DNA of 64,000 nucleotides from a virus (Duplodnaviria; Caudoviricetes): IMG/VR virus record IMGVR_UViG_2531839014_000003, positions 64,001 to 128,000 of that record; one strand, 5' to 3'. Shown piece by piece: positions 32,040 to 41,854 of this stretch (position 1 is its first letter; each line of letters starts with the position of its first letter). The notes under the pieces were generated by a model. It saw only the letters and a program-made list of their open reading frames with translations, ran no database searches and was not told where the DNA came from. The position numbers and the translations under genes were made by a program.

Positions 32040-33170
32040 ACAGCTTAGTTTTCACTCATAAAGTGTACTTACGATACCGCCACGGGAAGGCGCTGTCATG
32101 GTATCATTCCCCTCGTTGTTAGAGGGATTGTATTACTTACCTTATCACTCTGCATATGGTCTATCCTGTTTAGTGTTTTGCAATTTTTCGCTAGGCTCTC
32201 CGCCTGTAATGCTCCGAGTGCTTAATCGCTACTTACATTAATCGCTTATAGTTGTTTTTATGTGCCGTTGGTAACGGTGGTTATTACAACGTCAATTTAT
32301 GCTTTCGCCTACCCCGACGATTGTTACTTTTAACAGTTACCCAGATTAATCACTCTTGACTTCCTTTTCCTCTTGTCTCTGCCGTGCCATCCACGCAAGG
32401 AATTGTTAAAACAGTCAATTATAATAAATTAGACTGATAGACCATATGCAAGCCCTAAGGTTTGGGGATGTAACGCCATATCCCGTTTGCGTCCTATTCT
32501 ACACGTAGGAACCGTATCACTGGTTGATAGTGCTGCTAGTACCATTTACGTATGGTGATAGCATTGAGACGGTACAGGATTGATAGCGACCGTTACATGC
32601 AGTTTGTTTCATGCAGTAACTTTGGAAACCCTTTGATTCACACTATATTACGGTTTTATGGATGCTCCGCACGGGGAGCAAACGACATTATCCGATTTTC
32701 AGTGAATCTCCGGAATTAATTTTGACTTTCACCCCGTCGCGGACTGATTTATTACGTGATTCTCAGATTCACGGGCATTCCCTTTTATACAGCGTGTATA
32801 TGCTCAACTCGTTCCTGCGCTTACCCTTTACTGCATCCGTAGTCCTCATTTTGGTTATCTATGGTATTTCAGGTACAATCCCCTTACGCCTAGATTGATC
32901 GGCGGCGGTAATCATTGTAAGTGTGGTACCTGCTTTCACACACGCCAGCACAATTATATGGCATTGCTGATCTTGAGCCGTTGGAAGTATTACGCCGTGT
33001 CCATGCGTTTATCGGTTTCCTAGTTTTATTCTCGTGTGGTACTCTTCCGATAAACCGTCCACACTAGGCTATATAGTTCACTTATGACCCTTTGACAAGT
33101 AGCCCTCAATCCATAATAGATAGTATAGACACTTAAGACTTGTCTCACTGGTAGACCTCAAACCAATTAA
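32040..33170. ncRNA. Candidate large structured ncRNA (~1.1 kb)
   Basis: No credible ORF, raised GC, nested long-range helices (see findings). Confidence 0.55.
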
Positions 33171-33237
33171 AAAGAGTGTAAAACCCTTAATAATTCAATA
33201 GGCTTTACACTCCTGGTATGCTTGGATTAATATGTAG

Positions 33238-33459
33238 TTATGCGGTATGCTTTTTCGTGTCGTGGATGTGATCATCAAGAATCACATGGACACGTTCTAC
33301 TTCATCGAGGATAAGCGATTCAGATTTCATAATCTGATTTTTCAGATTACGTTCTGTGGACTTAATTTGTAGTTCTACGCTATCCATTCGCATTTCCATA
33401 CGCTCGTTCATGGCTTTCATTTGTGAAAGCAATAAGTCAAGCTTTTCACTGTCTGTCAT
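33238..33459 (-). CDS. Small coiled-coil protein, similar to 31386..31655
   Basis: MTDSEKLDLLL vs MTETEKLILEK; strong SD. Confidence 0.7.
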   Translation of the reverse strand: MTDSEKLDLLLSQMKAMNERMEMRMDSVELQIKSTERNLKNQIMKSESLILDEVERVHVILDDHIHDTKKHTA

Positions 33460-33597
33460 TCTCTCACCACCTCCCTATACTGGGTTGATATGGATTGATT
33501 ATACCATAGGCAGAGTGTAAAGTCTATTCAATTATCAAGGTACTTTTGTGTTGCTATTATGGTGTAGGGCTTGTGCCCTGTCCCTTGGGACACTTAT

Positions 33598-33695
33598 AAT
33601 ATAGCATAGGTTTAACCTATATTCAATAGTTTTTACGCATTTTTTGTTGATTCGTTATTATGCACTATTTATATATCATCATAGGTTTAACCTAT
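33598..33695 (-). promoter_or_regulatory. Leftward promoter with two identical palindromic operators
   Basis: TTGAAT-17-TATATT with extended TG; ATAGGTTTAACCTAT at 33606-33620 (inside the spacer) and 33681-33695. Confidence 0.7.
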
Positions 33696-33822
33696 TATGT
33701 AATATGCACAATAAAGAATGGATTAATTGACAACGTACATGATATAATGTTATTGTTATATACTACCCTCGCATAAAAAAGAGAAGTATATACATAGTAA
33801 TTTAGAAATGAGGGGTTAAACA

Positions 33823-34038
33823 ATGGCATATAGTAAGGGCGCACAAGATAATTACAGAAAAAAATGTAAACAAATTGGATTGAAATATACACCCAATGAA
33901 TTGCATGAATATAACAGGATTGTGGGGTATTGTAAAGTTAATCATATGACATACCAAAATTATATTAAATCACTAATCAAAGCAGACCTGGACGCTAAAG
34001 GCATACCCTACCCCATAGACGATAATATGCCGGACTAA
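33823..34038 (+). CDS. Ribbon-helix-helix-like regulator
   Basis: KQIGLKY beta strand plus MTYQNYIKSLIKAD helix; GAGGGG SD. Confidence 0.6.
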   Translation: MAYSKGAQDNYRKKCKQIGLKYTPNELHEYNRIVGYCKVNHMTYQNYIKSLIKADLDAKGIPYPIDDNMPD

Positions 34039-35051
34039 TAGTGTAAAATGGATTGTGGCCCATTGTAGTACATTGTATGGGTATATGGTGAGAGTTGATG
34101 GAAGTTGATGAATTGTAGACATTATAATGTAGGGATAGGATTGATAATGAACCAGGAACCAGAGGAATTATATTGATGGCATGTAAACGTGTCAATGTGT
34201 GTAACGCATTGTAGAGCATTTTAAGGCTAGTTTATGGTTATAGGTGGATAGTTTTAGGGTAAGGGCATTAAATGGATATATGGGCATTGTGGTGCGTTTG
34301 GTGAGGTGTTAGAGGTATTAGGTTGTATGCATGTGGGAACTAGCATAGGTTTAGAGCAAGATAATAGACACAATGTCAATTATTGTGATTAGTGTTTATT
34401 ATTGTGCATTTTATTGATTTATGTAAAATTATGTTGTGGCATGTTATTAGATTTTTGATTGGTAATAGGCATGTGATAATTAATGAACATAGTGTTGATT
34501 ATATCAAAATGTTGTAAATACAACATTTACAACATTTCGTCCGAACTTGCAAGTGAGTACTTGCATATTGGGCAACGTTGTTTTTACAACATAATACTTA
34601 TGGTATTCAATACTACATCACGTAGTCAGTATATAAATAAAAAGCGTACTTATAACAAAAGTACGCTTTTTTGATTTTTGCCTTATTTATCAAGGATTTT
34701 TGATGTCCTGTCCATGGGTGGGGGTAGGTTTACATTTCCCAATTAATCCCATTTTTACCAAATGCCCCTATCTAATCCACCCACACATGACCTTAAATTT
34801 TTCATTTTCCGACATCCAAAACGCATCACAAAGTTGTCTAAAATCCACACACAATTCACAAAATCGCTCAAAATAAGTTCGATACACGGTTCGGTAAAAC
34901 AACGTATTTACAACAAAAACTTAATTTTCAGACAATTATTTTTATCTTAAAACACCTCAAAATCATTCCCTAAACCACCTAAAATCTCTTATAAATCAAG
35001 CACTTTCCCGAACTCCCTCTTTATTTAAGGAAATAACATCTCACAATCATC

Positions 35052-35525
35052 CTAGATCGTACTATAAAATCTCAAAAACCCCTTGTAATTCAACGAAATC
35101 TCCTCATTTCCGAATCTCCTCACCGAAGTCATTATTTTTATGTGTGCGCGCAGGGAGCATCTTACTCCCCTACCTGGCTCCGGAATCATATAGTAATTTT
35201 TATCAAAGTAGATACTATCAATCTCTGACATCTTTGCTGTATGGTCTATATGGACTGTCCTATCTTTTTCAGTCTTTAATTTATCAAGCTCGTCCTGAGT
35301 GAATACTACATAACGCCCTTTCTCGTACTCATACCCTTTAATTATATCGTCATTACTCTTAATCTCTTTATTACAAGATGGACAATATTTCTTATATTTT
35401 ATCCTTTCATGTGAATCCTTACAGAGCTGATTGAACGAAATACTAATATCCCTGGTTGTCTTGTATAAGTCTGAAGGAATGTAGAGTACGCCTACAGATA
35501 TTGCACTTTTTTGAGCTACCGCCAT
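35052..35525 (-). pseudogene. ku: Ku (NHEJ DNA end-binding) protein, C-terminally truncated
   Basis: AISVGVLYIP, ISFNQL, RIKYKKYC, IIKGYEYEKGRYV, IYFDKNYYMIP; similarity ends after ~118 aa. Confidence 0.85.
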
Positions 35526-35937
35526 TTTTCATCACCTTCCTTTGTGAATTGTATGTACGGTATTTGTAAAACGTAATTTATGAATTATTTGGAAAGAGAA
35601 GTTTTAAATGGAGAATAACTATATATCACATAAATCAAAAGAAAGGAAACTATGATCATGACCAAAACACAAGTTATACCACAGAAGTTTGTATTCGCTG
35701 AGGAAGGAATGACTTTGCATAGCAATAAACCAGAGAATGAAATTGAATTCCCTGGCCTTAAGGTAACTGTTGAAATTGATGCCTATAAGACAAATAAACA
35801 TGTTCTCAAAGAGAAATTGGAATCTATTTTTGAAGAAGTCCTTGGATACTTTGATTAAAAATGGGGGTGGTGTAGTGCAAGTAAACGATATTTGTGATAT
35901 AATTATACAAAATCTTACAAGAGAGTGGGAAAAACGT

Positions 35938-36978
35938 ATGAACAAACAATCACTTATAGAAAAGTGGGAAATACCTAAATATTCTAAAAAGGAAATCAAA
36001 AATGCGGGAAAGGCCATAGCTACTCCTTCAATTAGTAATGAGGAACGTGATATCGCTTTAGAGATATTAAATAATTGGCGTTCTGCTCATGCATATCCAC
36101 TTCAAGTTATTGCAAGCAATTTAAGATTACGAAACCCAACTGCTATTGTAGTTCAACGTTTAAAACGTTTAGAATCAATCACTGGTAAGCTAGAACGATA
36201 TTCAACTATGGATTTATATAGAATGCAAGATTTAGGAGGATGTCGGGTGATTGTAGATTCGTTAGATGAAGTGTATGCTGCAATATTAAATTATAAGAAT
36301 TCAAGAATACGACATATCCTCAAGCGTGAATATGATTATATTCAAGAGCCAAAGGACTCTGGATATCGCTCTTATCATATGGTATATCAGTTTCATAGTG
36401 ATAAAAAGGAAACCTATAACAAAAATATGTTGATAGAGATTCAGTTTCGTACAAAACTCCAACATACATGGGCAACGACTGTAGAAATGATGGGGATTTA
36501 TACAAAATCACAATTAAAAGCTAGTATTGGAGATGAAGATGTATTAAGATTTTTCGTTCTTGTATCATCCGTATTTGCAAAAATGGAGGGAACACCTATT
36601 GCTCCAAATACCATTGATGACTTTAACACACTCATATCTGAAATCAGAGAAATAGATAAGAAGCTATATATCGTATCAAGATTGAGTGCTTTATCTGTAG
36701 CAATAAATCATGTAAATGAAAACACTAAAATTAAAAAAAATGGATATTATGTTTTACAGCTAAATTATAAGAAAAAATTATTAAAAATAAATTCATTTCT
36801 CAAGTCACAAGTTGAACTTGCAACTAATGTGTATAATAAAATCGAAGAAACCAATAATCCAAATTTAGATGTTGTACTTGTGTCGGCAACATCCTTTGAA
36901 ACATTAAAAGCAGCATATCCTAATTATTTTACTGACATTTCAGGTTTCGTAGATATGATGCGAAGAATACTAGCTTAA
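35938..36978 (+). CDS. capRel: Fused CapRel-type toxSAS (RelA/SpoT synthetase plus C-terminal antitoxin/sensor)
   Basis: RLKR, MQDLGGCR, GYRSYH, EIQFRT SYNTH motifs; N-terminal YSK...AG...NWRSAHAYPL; C-terminal VVLVS...AYPNYF (YxxY). Confidence 0.82.
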   Translation: MNKQSLIEKWEIPKYSKKEIKNAGKAIATPSISNEERDIALEILNNWRSAHAYPLQVIASNLRLRNPTAIVVQRLKRLESITGKLERYSTMDLYRMQDLGGCRVIVDSLDEVYAAILNYKNSRIRHILKREYDYIQEPKDSGYRSYHMVYQFHSDKKETYNKNMLIEIQFRTKLQHTWATTVEMMGIYTKSQLKASIGDEDVLRFFVLVSSVFAKMEGTPIAPNTIDDFNTLISEIREIDKKLYIVSRLSALSVAINHVNENTKIKKNGYYVLQLNYKKKLLKINSFLKSQVELATNVYNKIEETNNPNLDVVLVSATSFETLKAAYPNYFTDISGFVDMMRRILA

Positions 36979-37107
36979 AAACATTATTCAAGACAGGTGA
37001 ATCATATACCTGTTTTTTTTGTTACGTAAAAATAGATAAACTTATTCCGCAAACGGAGAACTATATATTAATAGCCACTACAAAACTAATATGGAGGATT
37101 TTATTAT

Positions 37108-38028
37108 ATGAATACAAATACAGCTTTACAGGTAACAAAATTTGATTTTTATGGGGATTCCCTCATCGCCATCCGGGATAATGCGACCGGTGAGATTTAT
37201 GCAGCCATCAATTTTATACTTAGAGGTATTGGATTTAATAGAGAGCAAATCCGTAAAAGAAGAGACAAATGGCTAAATGATGTTGTTCTATTTAAAAGTA
37301 TCGAAAATTTCAAAATACCAACAAGTGAAGGAGTGACCCAAAATGGCACCCCTATAAATTCACAAGATACACATTGTATATCCATTCGTAAACTTCCACT
37401 TGCCCTAGCAAAAATCAACATTACACCCAAGATGAAACGGGAACAGCCAGAAATCACATTAAAGCTTGAATTATATCAGGACAAATGCGCTGATGTATTA
37501 GCATCCGTATTTATTGATAACAAGTCAGTATCCGATATAAATCTTCAGCCACTAATTGATGTCATTACTACTCTCTCATCATCCATCGTGACCATGCAAC
37601 AAGATATTACATCAATCAAACTAGCCCAAGAAAACATTCAGAAACAGATTCCAAAGAAACGATTCTCATTCTGGGCCACCAAAATGTTTCCTAAATATCA
37701 GTTGTTAATGGATTACTTCGGCATACAAGAAAACAAGGATTTATATAAGGAACTATATAAAGAATTTCATAATATGTATCCGGATATGGAACTTAATCAG
37801 ATAATAGACGATTACTGTTATGAAAATAAATTAGATAGCTGTTATACCTTAGACGCTATAGAACATGACAAAAGTGTACGGAGCTTATTTGAGGCAATGG
37901 TTGATGGGCTTTTGGAGAAATATGAATTGATATCTAATTTAAATTCAGTACGGCAGAAAACAATTTTTGATGATGTAGTAGAGAATATATCAGTAACCCA
38001 CCAGAAAGGACCCGTAATCAATGAATAA
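37108..38028 (+). CDS. Phage antirepressor (P22 Ant N-terminal domain)
   Basis: FDFYGDSLIAI, LPLALAKINI, LELYQDKCADVL. Confidence 0.8.
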   Translation: MNTNTALQVTKFDFYGDSLIAIRDNATGEIYAAINFILRGIGFNREQIRKRRDKWLNDVVLFKSIENFKIPTSEGVTQNGTPINSQDTHCISIRKLPLALAKINITPKMKREQPEITLKLELYQDKCADVLASVFIDNKSVSDINLQPLIDVITTLSSSIVTMQQDITSIKLAQENIQKQIPKKRFSFWATKMFPKYQLLMDYFGIQENKDLYKELYKEFHNMYPDMELNQIIDDYCYENKLDSCYTLDAIEHDKSVRSLFEAMVDGLLEKYELISNLNSVRQKTIFDDVVENISVTHQKGPVINE

Positions 38029-38245
38029 CAATTTATTTCTCAATACAGTGTACAACCATACATACAACGAAATCTACAGACGATATCAACTCTTATCTGA
38101 TCAGGTTCTAATTGATAATTGGAGATACCATCAACACCAGGTACAACGCAAGGATGATTATCACTGGATTGCATTTTCAGTTTGCGAAGATTTACTTAGA
38201 CAAAGAGGGAATACATATCTGGACGATACTTATCCAAAAGACTGA
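38021..38245 (+). CDS. Hypothetical protein
   Basis: AAGGA SD; translationally coupled to upstream gene. Confidence 0.6.
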   Translation: MNNNLFLNTVYNHTYNEIYRRYQLLSDQVLIDNWRYHQHQVQRKDDYHWIAFSVCEDLLRQRGNTYLDDTYPKD

Positions 38246-38758
38246 AGGAGGAATACATATTATGAAATTATTCGTTAGAGGACCAGAACAAATAAGATAT
38301 CGCCGGCAATCATATAGTTATCCATCAACACCTACATCAAACATAAAGCCAGGTGATACATTATATGGCCTAAATGCTGACTACCATGTAGACAGAGTGG
38401 AATATAGTAAATCTGATTTAATTGTATATGCCACTAAGACACAGATACAAGAGAGGATGCATTAACTATGGCACATGACAGGATTACACCATGCAAATTT
38501 TATATTTGCAAAGGAGAATGTAGTAAGGGCAGAGACTCGGACCACAATGGTTACTGCCAAAAGTGTAATAAGTATGAACCGAGATGCAAGGTGAAGAGAA
38601 TTAGCAGGAAGAAGGAAAAATTAGAGAAGATACGATTGAGGGAATTTAATGATTAATGACAAATAAAATGTTTTTTAAGAGTACTTTTATATATGAACGT
38701 AGTGAATATATAAAAGTACGATATTGTCTGTCTTATTAAATGAAGTATATATTATTTC

Positions 38759-38839
38759 AGTTCGGCAAACGCTCTAAATAGAGCGTCTACTGAACGACTA
38801 ACCTAAAAATGACGCTCTATTTAGAGCGTTTGCCGAACT
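38759..38839. repeat. Perfect 29-bp inverted repeat with internally palindromic arms (candidate origin)
   Basis: AGTTCGGCAAACGCTCTAAATAGAGCGTC (38759-38787) / GACGCTCTATTTAGAGCGTTTGCCGAACT (38811-38839). Confidence 0.85.
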
Positions 38840-38865
38840 CTCGTAAATATAATGGAGGTATTGTT

Positions 38866-39690
38866 ATAGATAAAGTGAGAAGGGAATATTTCACCAGATT
38901 TCCTAATGAATATATACAGGAAAATATCAAAACCAAATTTGGTGTTAGCCGCAAATTTTATATAACCTATATACTCATCGACAAATATAGGTCTTATGAG
39001 GATTATAGCTGGATTACCGTACGAAAAATCCTTGAGTTTTATGGTTACAAAACAACAAGTAGAAAGCCCAAGGCGTTTAAAGAAGTATTAGATGTCCTAG
39101 AGTACATGATAAATAATAAAATGATTAAAATCCAATGTGATTTAGACTCTCTTAATTATGACACTGGAATAGAAATCAAAATCATTCCAGAAAATTTTGA
39201 TTACCCAGACCACTTTTGTAAGCTCACATCATCTCAGCTTGACGTAATTATGATGAATGATTCTGTCATAAACAGAGAATGTCTTCTTATGGCGTTTCTT
39301 TACATTAACTCATACATAGGAAATCGGCCAAAGAAAGATGATGGCTCCGAAGTCATGTTTAATCCAGAGACAAAACCAGAAGCATTTTGGAGAAGTATTG
39401 AAAGTATGTCAAAAGAGCTTTCTATGTCAAAAGACACTATCACACAGTGTATTGACTTTCTTACCACATCTACTGGTGATAAAAAGGCATTACTCATAAA
39501 AAGAGAAGTAGGTAGTGTACAACCAGATCCACGAAAGCCGCCCCAAAATGTCCCAAACATTTATGTTCTTAATAAAGATGGCTATCAACAGGAAATAGAA
39601 TGGGCATTGCACAAGATGTTAGAGGTCTATGGCGTTGATAGCTTTGACAAAATAAAAGGGGGTATTAAAAATAAGCCAAGGAATATATAG
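38866..39690 (+). CDS. wHTH protein, probable replication initiator-like (ATA start after GGAGG)
   Basis: SIESMSKELSMSKDTITQCIDFL...PNIY pattern; ATG 38809 lies inside the inverted repeat and has no SD. Confidence 0.55.
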   Translation: MDKVRREYFTRFPNEYIQENIKTKFGVSRKFYITYILIDKYRSYEDYSWITVRKILEFYGYKTTSRKPKAFKEVLDVLEYMINNKMIKIQCDLDSLNYDTGIEIKIIPENFDYPDHFCKLTSSQLDVIMMNDSVINRECLLMAFLYINSYIGNRPKKDDGSEVMFNPETKPEAFWRSIESMSKELSMSKDTITQCIDFLTTSTGDKKALLIKREVGSVQPDPRKPPQNVPNIYVLNKDGYQQEIEWALHKMLEVYGVDSFDKIKGGIKNKPRNI

Positions 39691-40788
39691 TATTAAAAAT
39701 TTAAGGAATGGAAAAGTTTATATTGGAAGCAGTTTCAACATTGAAAAAAGGATAGCCGCCCATAAAAATGATTTAGCCAATTACACACATCATTCTTATA
39801 AACTGCAAGCTGATTTTAATTTAACACATAATATATCTGATTTTGTTTTTGAGATTTTAGAAAACACAAACTGATCAAGAGCTAATCTTTATAGAAAGGA
39901 GCAAAAATATATAAATGAATTAGATACATATCATAACGGATATAACTGTTGCAAATTCGCAATAAATCCAAAGTACACAAAAGGGAATCAACAAAATATA
40001 CAACAGAAGTCATCTAATTGCAGATATGTAAAGATACCACGAGAAATAATATATGCCAAAGACCTCGGAGATAAACGAGTGATTATTTTTTCATACTTAT
40101 GCGCAAGACGCGCCCTGGATGATACAGTAGCCTTCTCTATCACAGAGTTGTGCCACTGGTCAAACCTGAAACCTAACTATAGGGATGGAAAGATAAATCA
40201 AAAATATTATGATGTTTTATTACTCCTCTCCCACTACGGATATTTTGTAGAATGTCCGGATTTTGAGAGTTACCTTCATGAGTCTACCAATTCAGTAAAA
40301 TACCAACGCGTAAAACTAAATATAGAGAAGTTTGATGCACTGGATAGTTTCGGAATAATTTACTTTGATGAACTACAATTTTGGATTTCAATGGAGAATT
40401 AAAAGATAGCGACATTGACCTCGCCAGAATGTCATCGGCATACATATTATTGCTCATCTCCTATCTCCGTGTAAACATGAACCGTAATCCCGATAAACCT
40501 TTATGCTGCTATCGGCATTATCAGAAGATTGCGGAGGATACCGGATTGTCAGAACGATATGTAAGTAGAATCATAGAAATTTTGGATACTATTAAAAAAA
40601 TGAAACGTGCACGGTACAAGGGTTCAAATGATAAAGTTAGATTTAGTACAACTCCCAAGATTTTTGCCGATTATAGGCGGTTTATTAAAAATACTAATGG
40701 AGACACCATACTTGATACGGAATATGACTACAATGCTGAAATAAGCAAACAAATAGAATTAATGAGAAAAGAGAATATTACTATATAA
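39671..40788 (+). pseudogene. GIY-YIG + wHTH fusion gene with an internal TGA (39872) and a frameshift (~40380)
   Basis: GIYSIKNLRNGKVYIGSS is in frame with ORF 40079; continues into the HTH ORF 40381..40788. Confidence 0.7.
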
Positions 40789-41090
40789 CTATTAGCCTAT
40801 CACACCATAAGGAGTGAATGAGAATGAAATATATTTTAATCGCGAAAGGAATTTTAATACATGACAGAAACCACAACAGGGTACCTTGCTACTTTTAAAT
40901 CACCACACTATCCATCAAGGCAAGAATTACATAGTACTTTTGGCGGAGTAATTATTGAATCAGACTATAGCACCGAATATAATGCTCGTTCGTCTAAAGC
41001 ATCATTTATCGCCAGTCGTATTGATACGGACAGGAAATTCGATTATCAGTGTTTAAGAAATGCAGAATCCAGAGAAAGAGGTAAAAAATA

Positions 41091-41438
41091 ATGATTAGAT
41101 ATAGAAATGTACCAGCAATTGAATTTGATTTAGAATATGATTACAAAATTAAGGCAGAATATGTCTTTGATAAGGAATTAGGAAAATATATAGTAACCTT
41201 CTACCTGAGACAATCACAAGTGGGAATGTGGGATCAGATTGACAAGGCCACTGATATTACTTTTGATTCTCCATGTGAGACAATTAAGACGGATATTGCT
41301 AAGTACTTTACCAAATTACTCATTAAAGGATTCTTTCAGTATTACATAGACCGCTACGTGTATCAGATGAAGTGTTTTGACAAGGGCAACGATTTATACG
41401 AGAAGGAACGTCTAAATGCTCAGCAAGTCAGACTATAG
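41091..41438 (+). CDS. Hypothetical protein
   Basis: GAGG SD, 115 aa. Confidence 0.65.
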   Translation: MIRYRNVPAIEFDLEYDYKIKAEYVFDKELGKYIVTFYLRQSQVGMWDQIDKATDITFDSPCETIKTDIAKYFTKLLIKGFFQYYIDRYVYQMKCFDKGNDLYEKERLNAQQVRL

Positions 41439-41841
41439 GTATTTCCATAAAGCACGTCAGGCTGCTCTCATCTCTGATTTCGAAAAAACTCATGTTGGCT
41501 GCATTGCAGTCTATCAGGGTAATATCATTGCCATCGGATGTAACACCCATAAAACCCACCCCAAACAACAATACTATAATCAGTTCCGGACGATACGCTA
41601 TGTAGATAGTAAGTATCTTCCTAAAATGCACGCCGAAATACACTGTCTCAACGTAATCCAGAATATGGATATAAATTTCGCCAAAGTGAAGCTATATATC
41701 TATCGGACACGTAAGGACCAGGAATTCGGTTTGGCTAGACCATGTGCTTCCTGCATGGCAGCCATTAGGGATTTGGGCATAAGACAGATTTATTATACAA
41801 CTGATGATGGATATGTTTTTGAGAAATTGAAGAATAGGTAA
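41416..41841 (+). CDS. Cytidine/dCMP deaminase-like zinc protein
   Basis: HAE and RPCASC motifs. Confidence 0.85.
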   Translation: MLSKSDYRYFHKARQAALISDFEKTHVGCIAVYQGNIIAIGCNTHKTHPKQQYYNQFRTIRYVDSKYLPKMHAEIHCLNVIQNMDINFAKVKLYIYRTRKDQEFGLARPCASCMAAIRDLGIRQIYYTTDDGYVFEKLKNR

Positions 41842-41854
41842 TTATAAATTTTAA

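Noticed and set aside
32662..32898. 78-aa ORF inside the structured region
   Set aside because: No SD, atypical composition, overlaps helices
34583..34611. dif-like site (ACATAATACTTATG)
   Set aside because: Only partial resemblance in AT-rich DNA; cannot be supported
35770..35937. N-terminal extension of the CapRel ORF
   Set aside because: Overlaps the upstream ORF and the promoter; family similarity starts near ATG 35938
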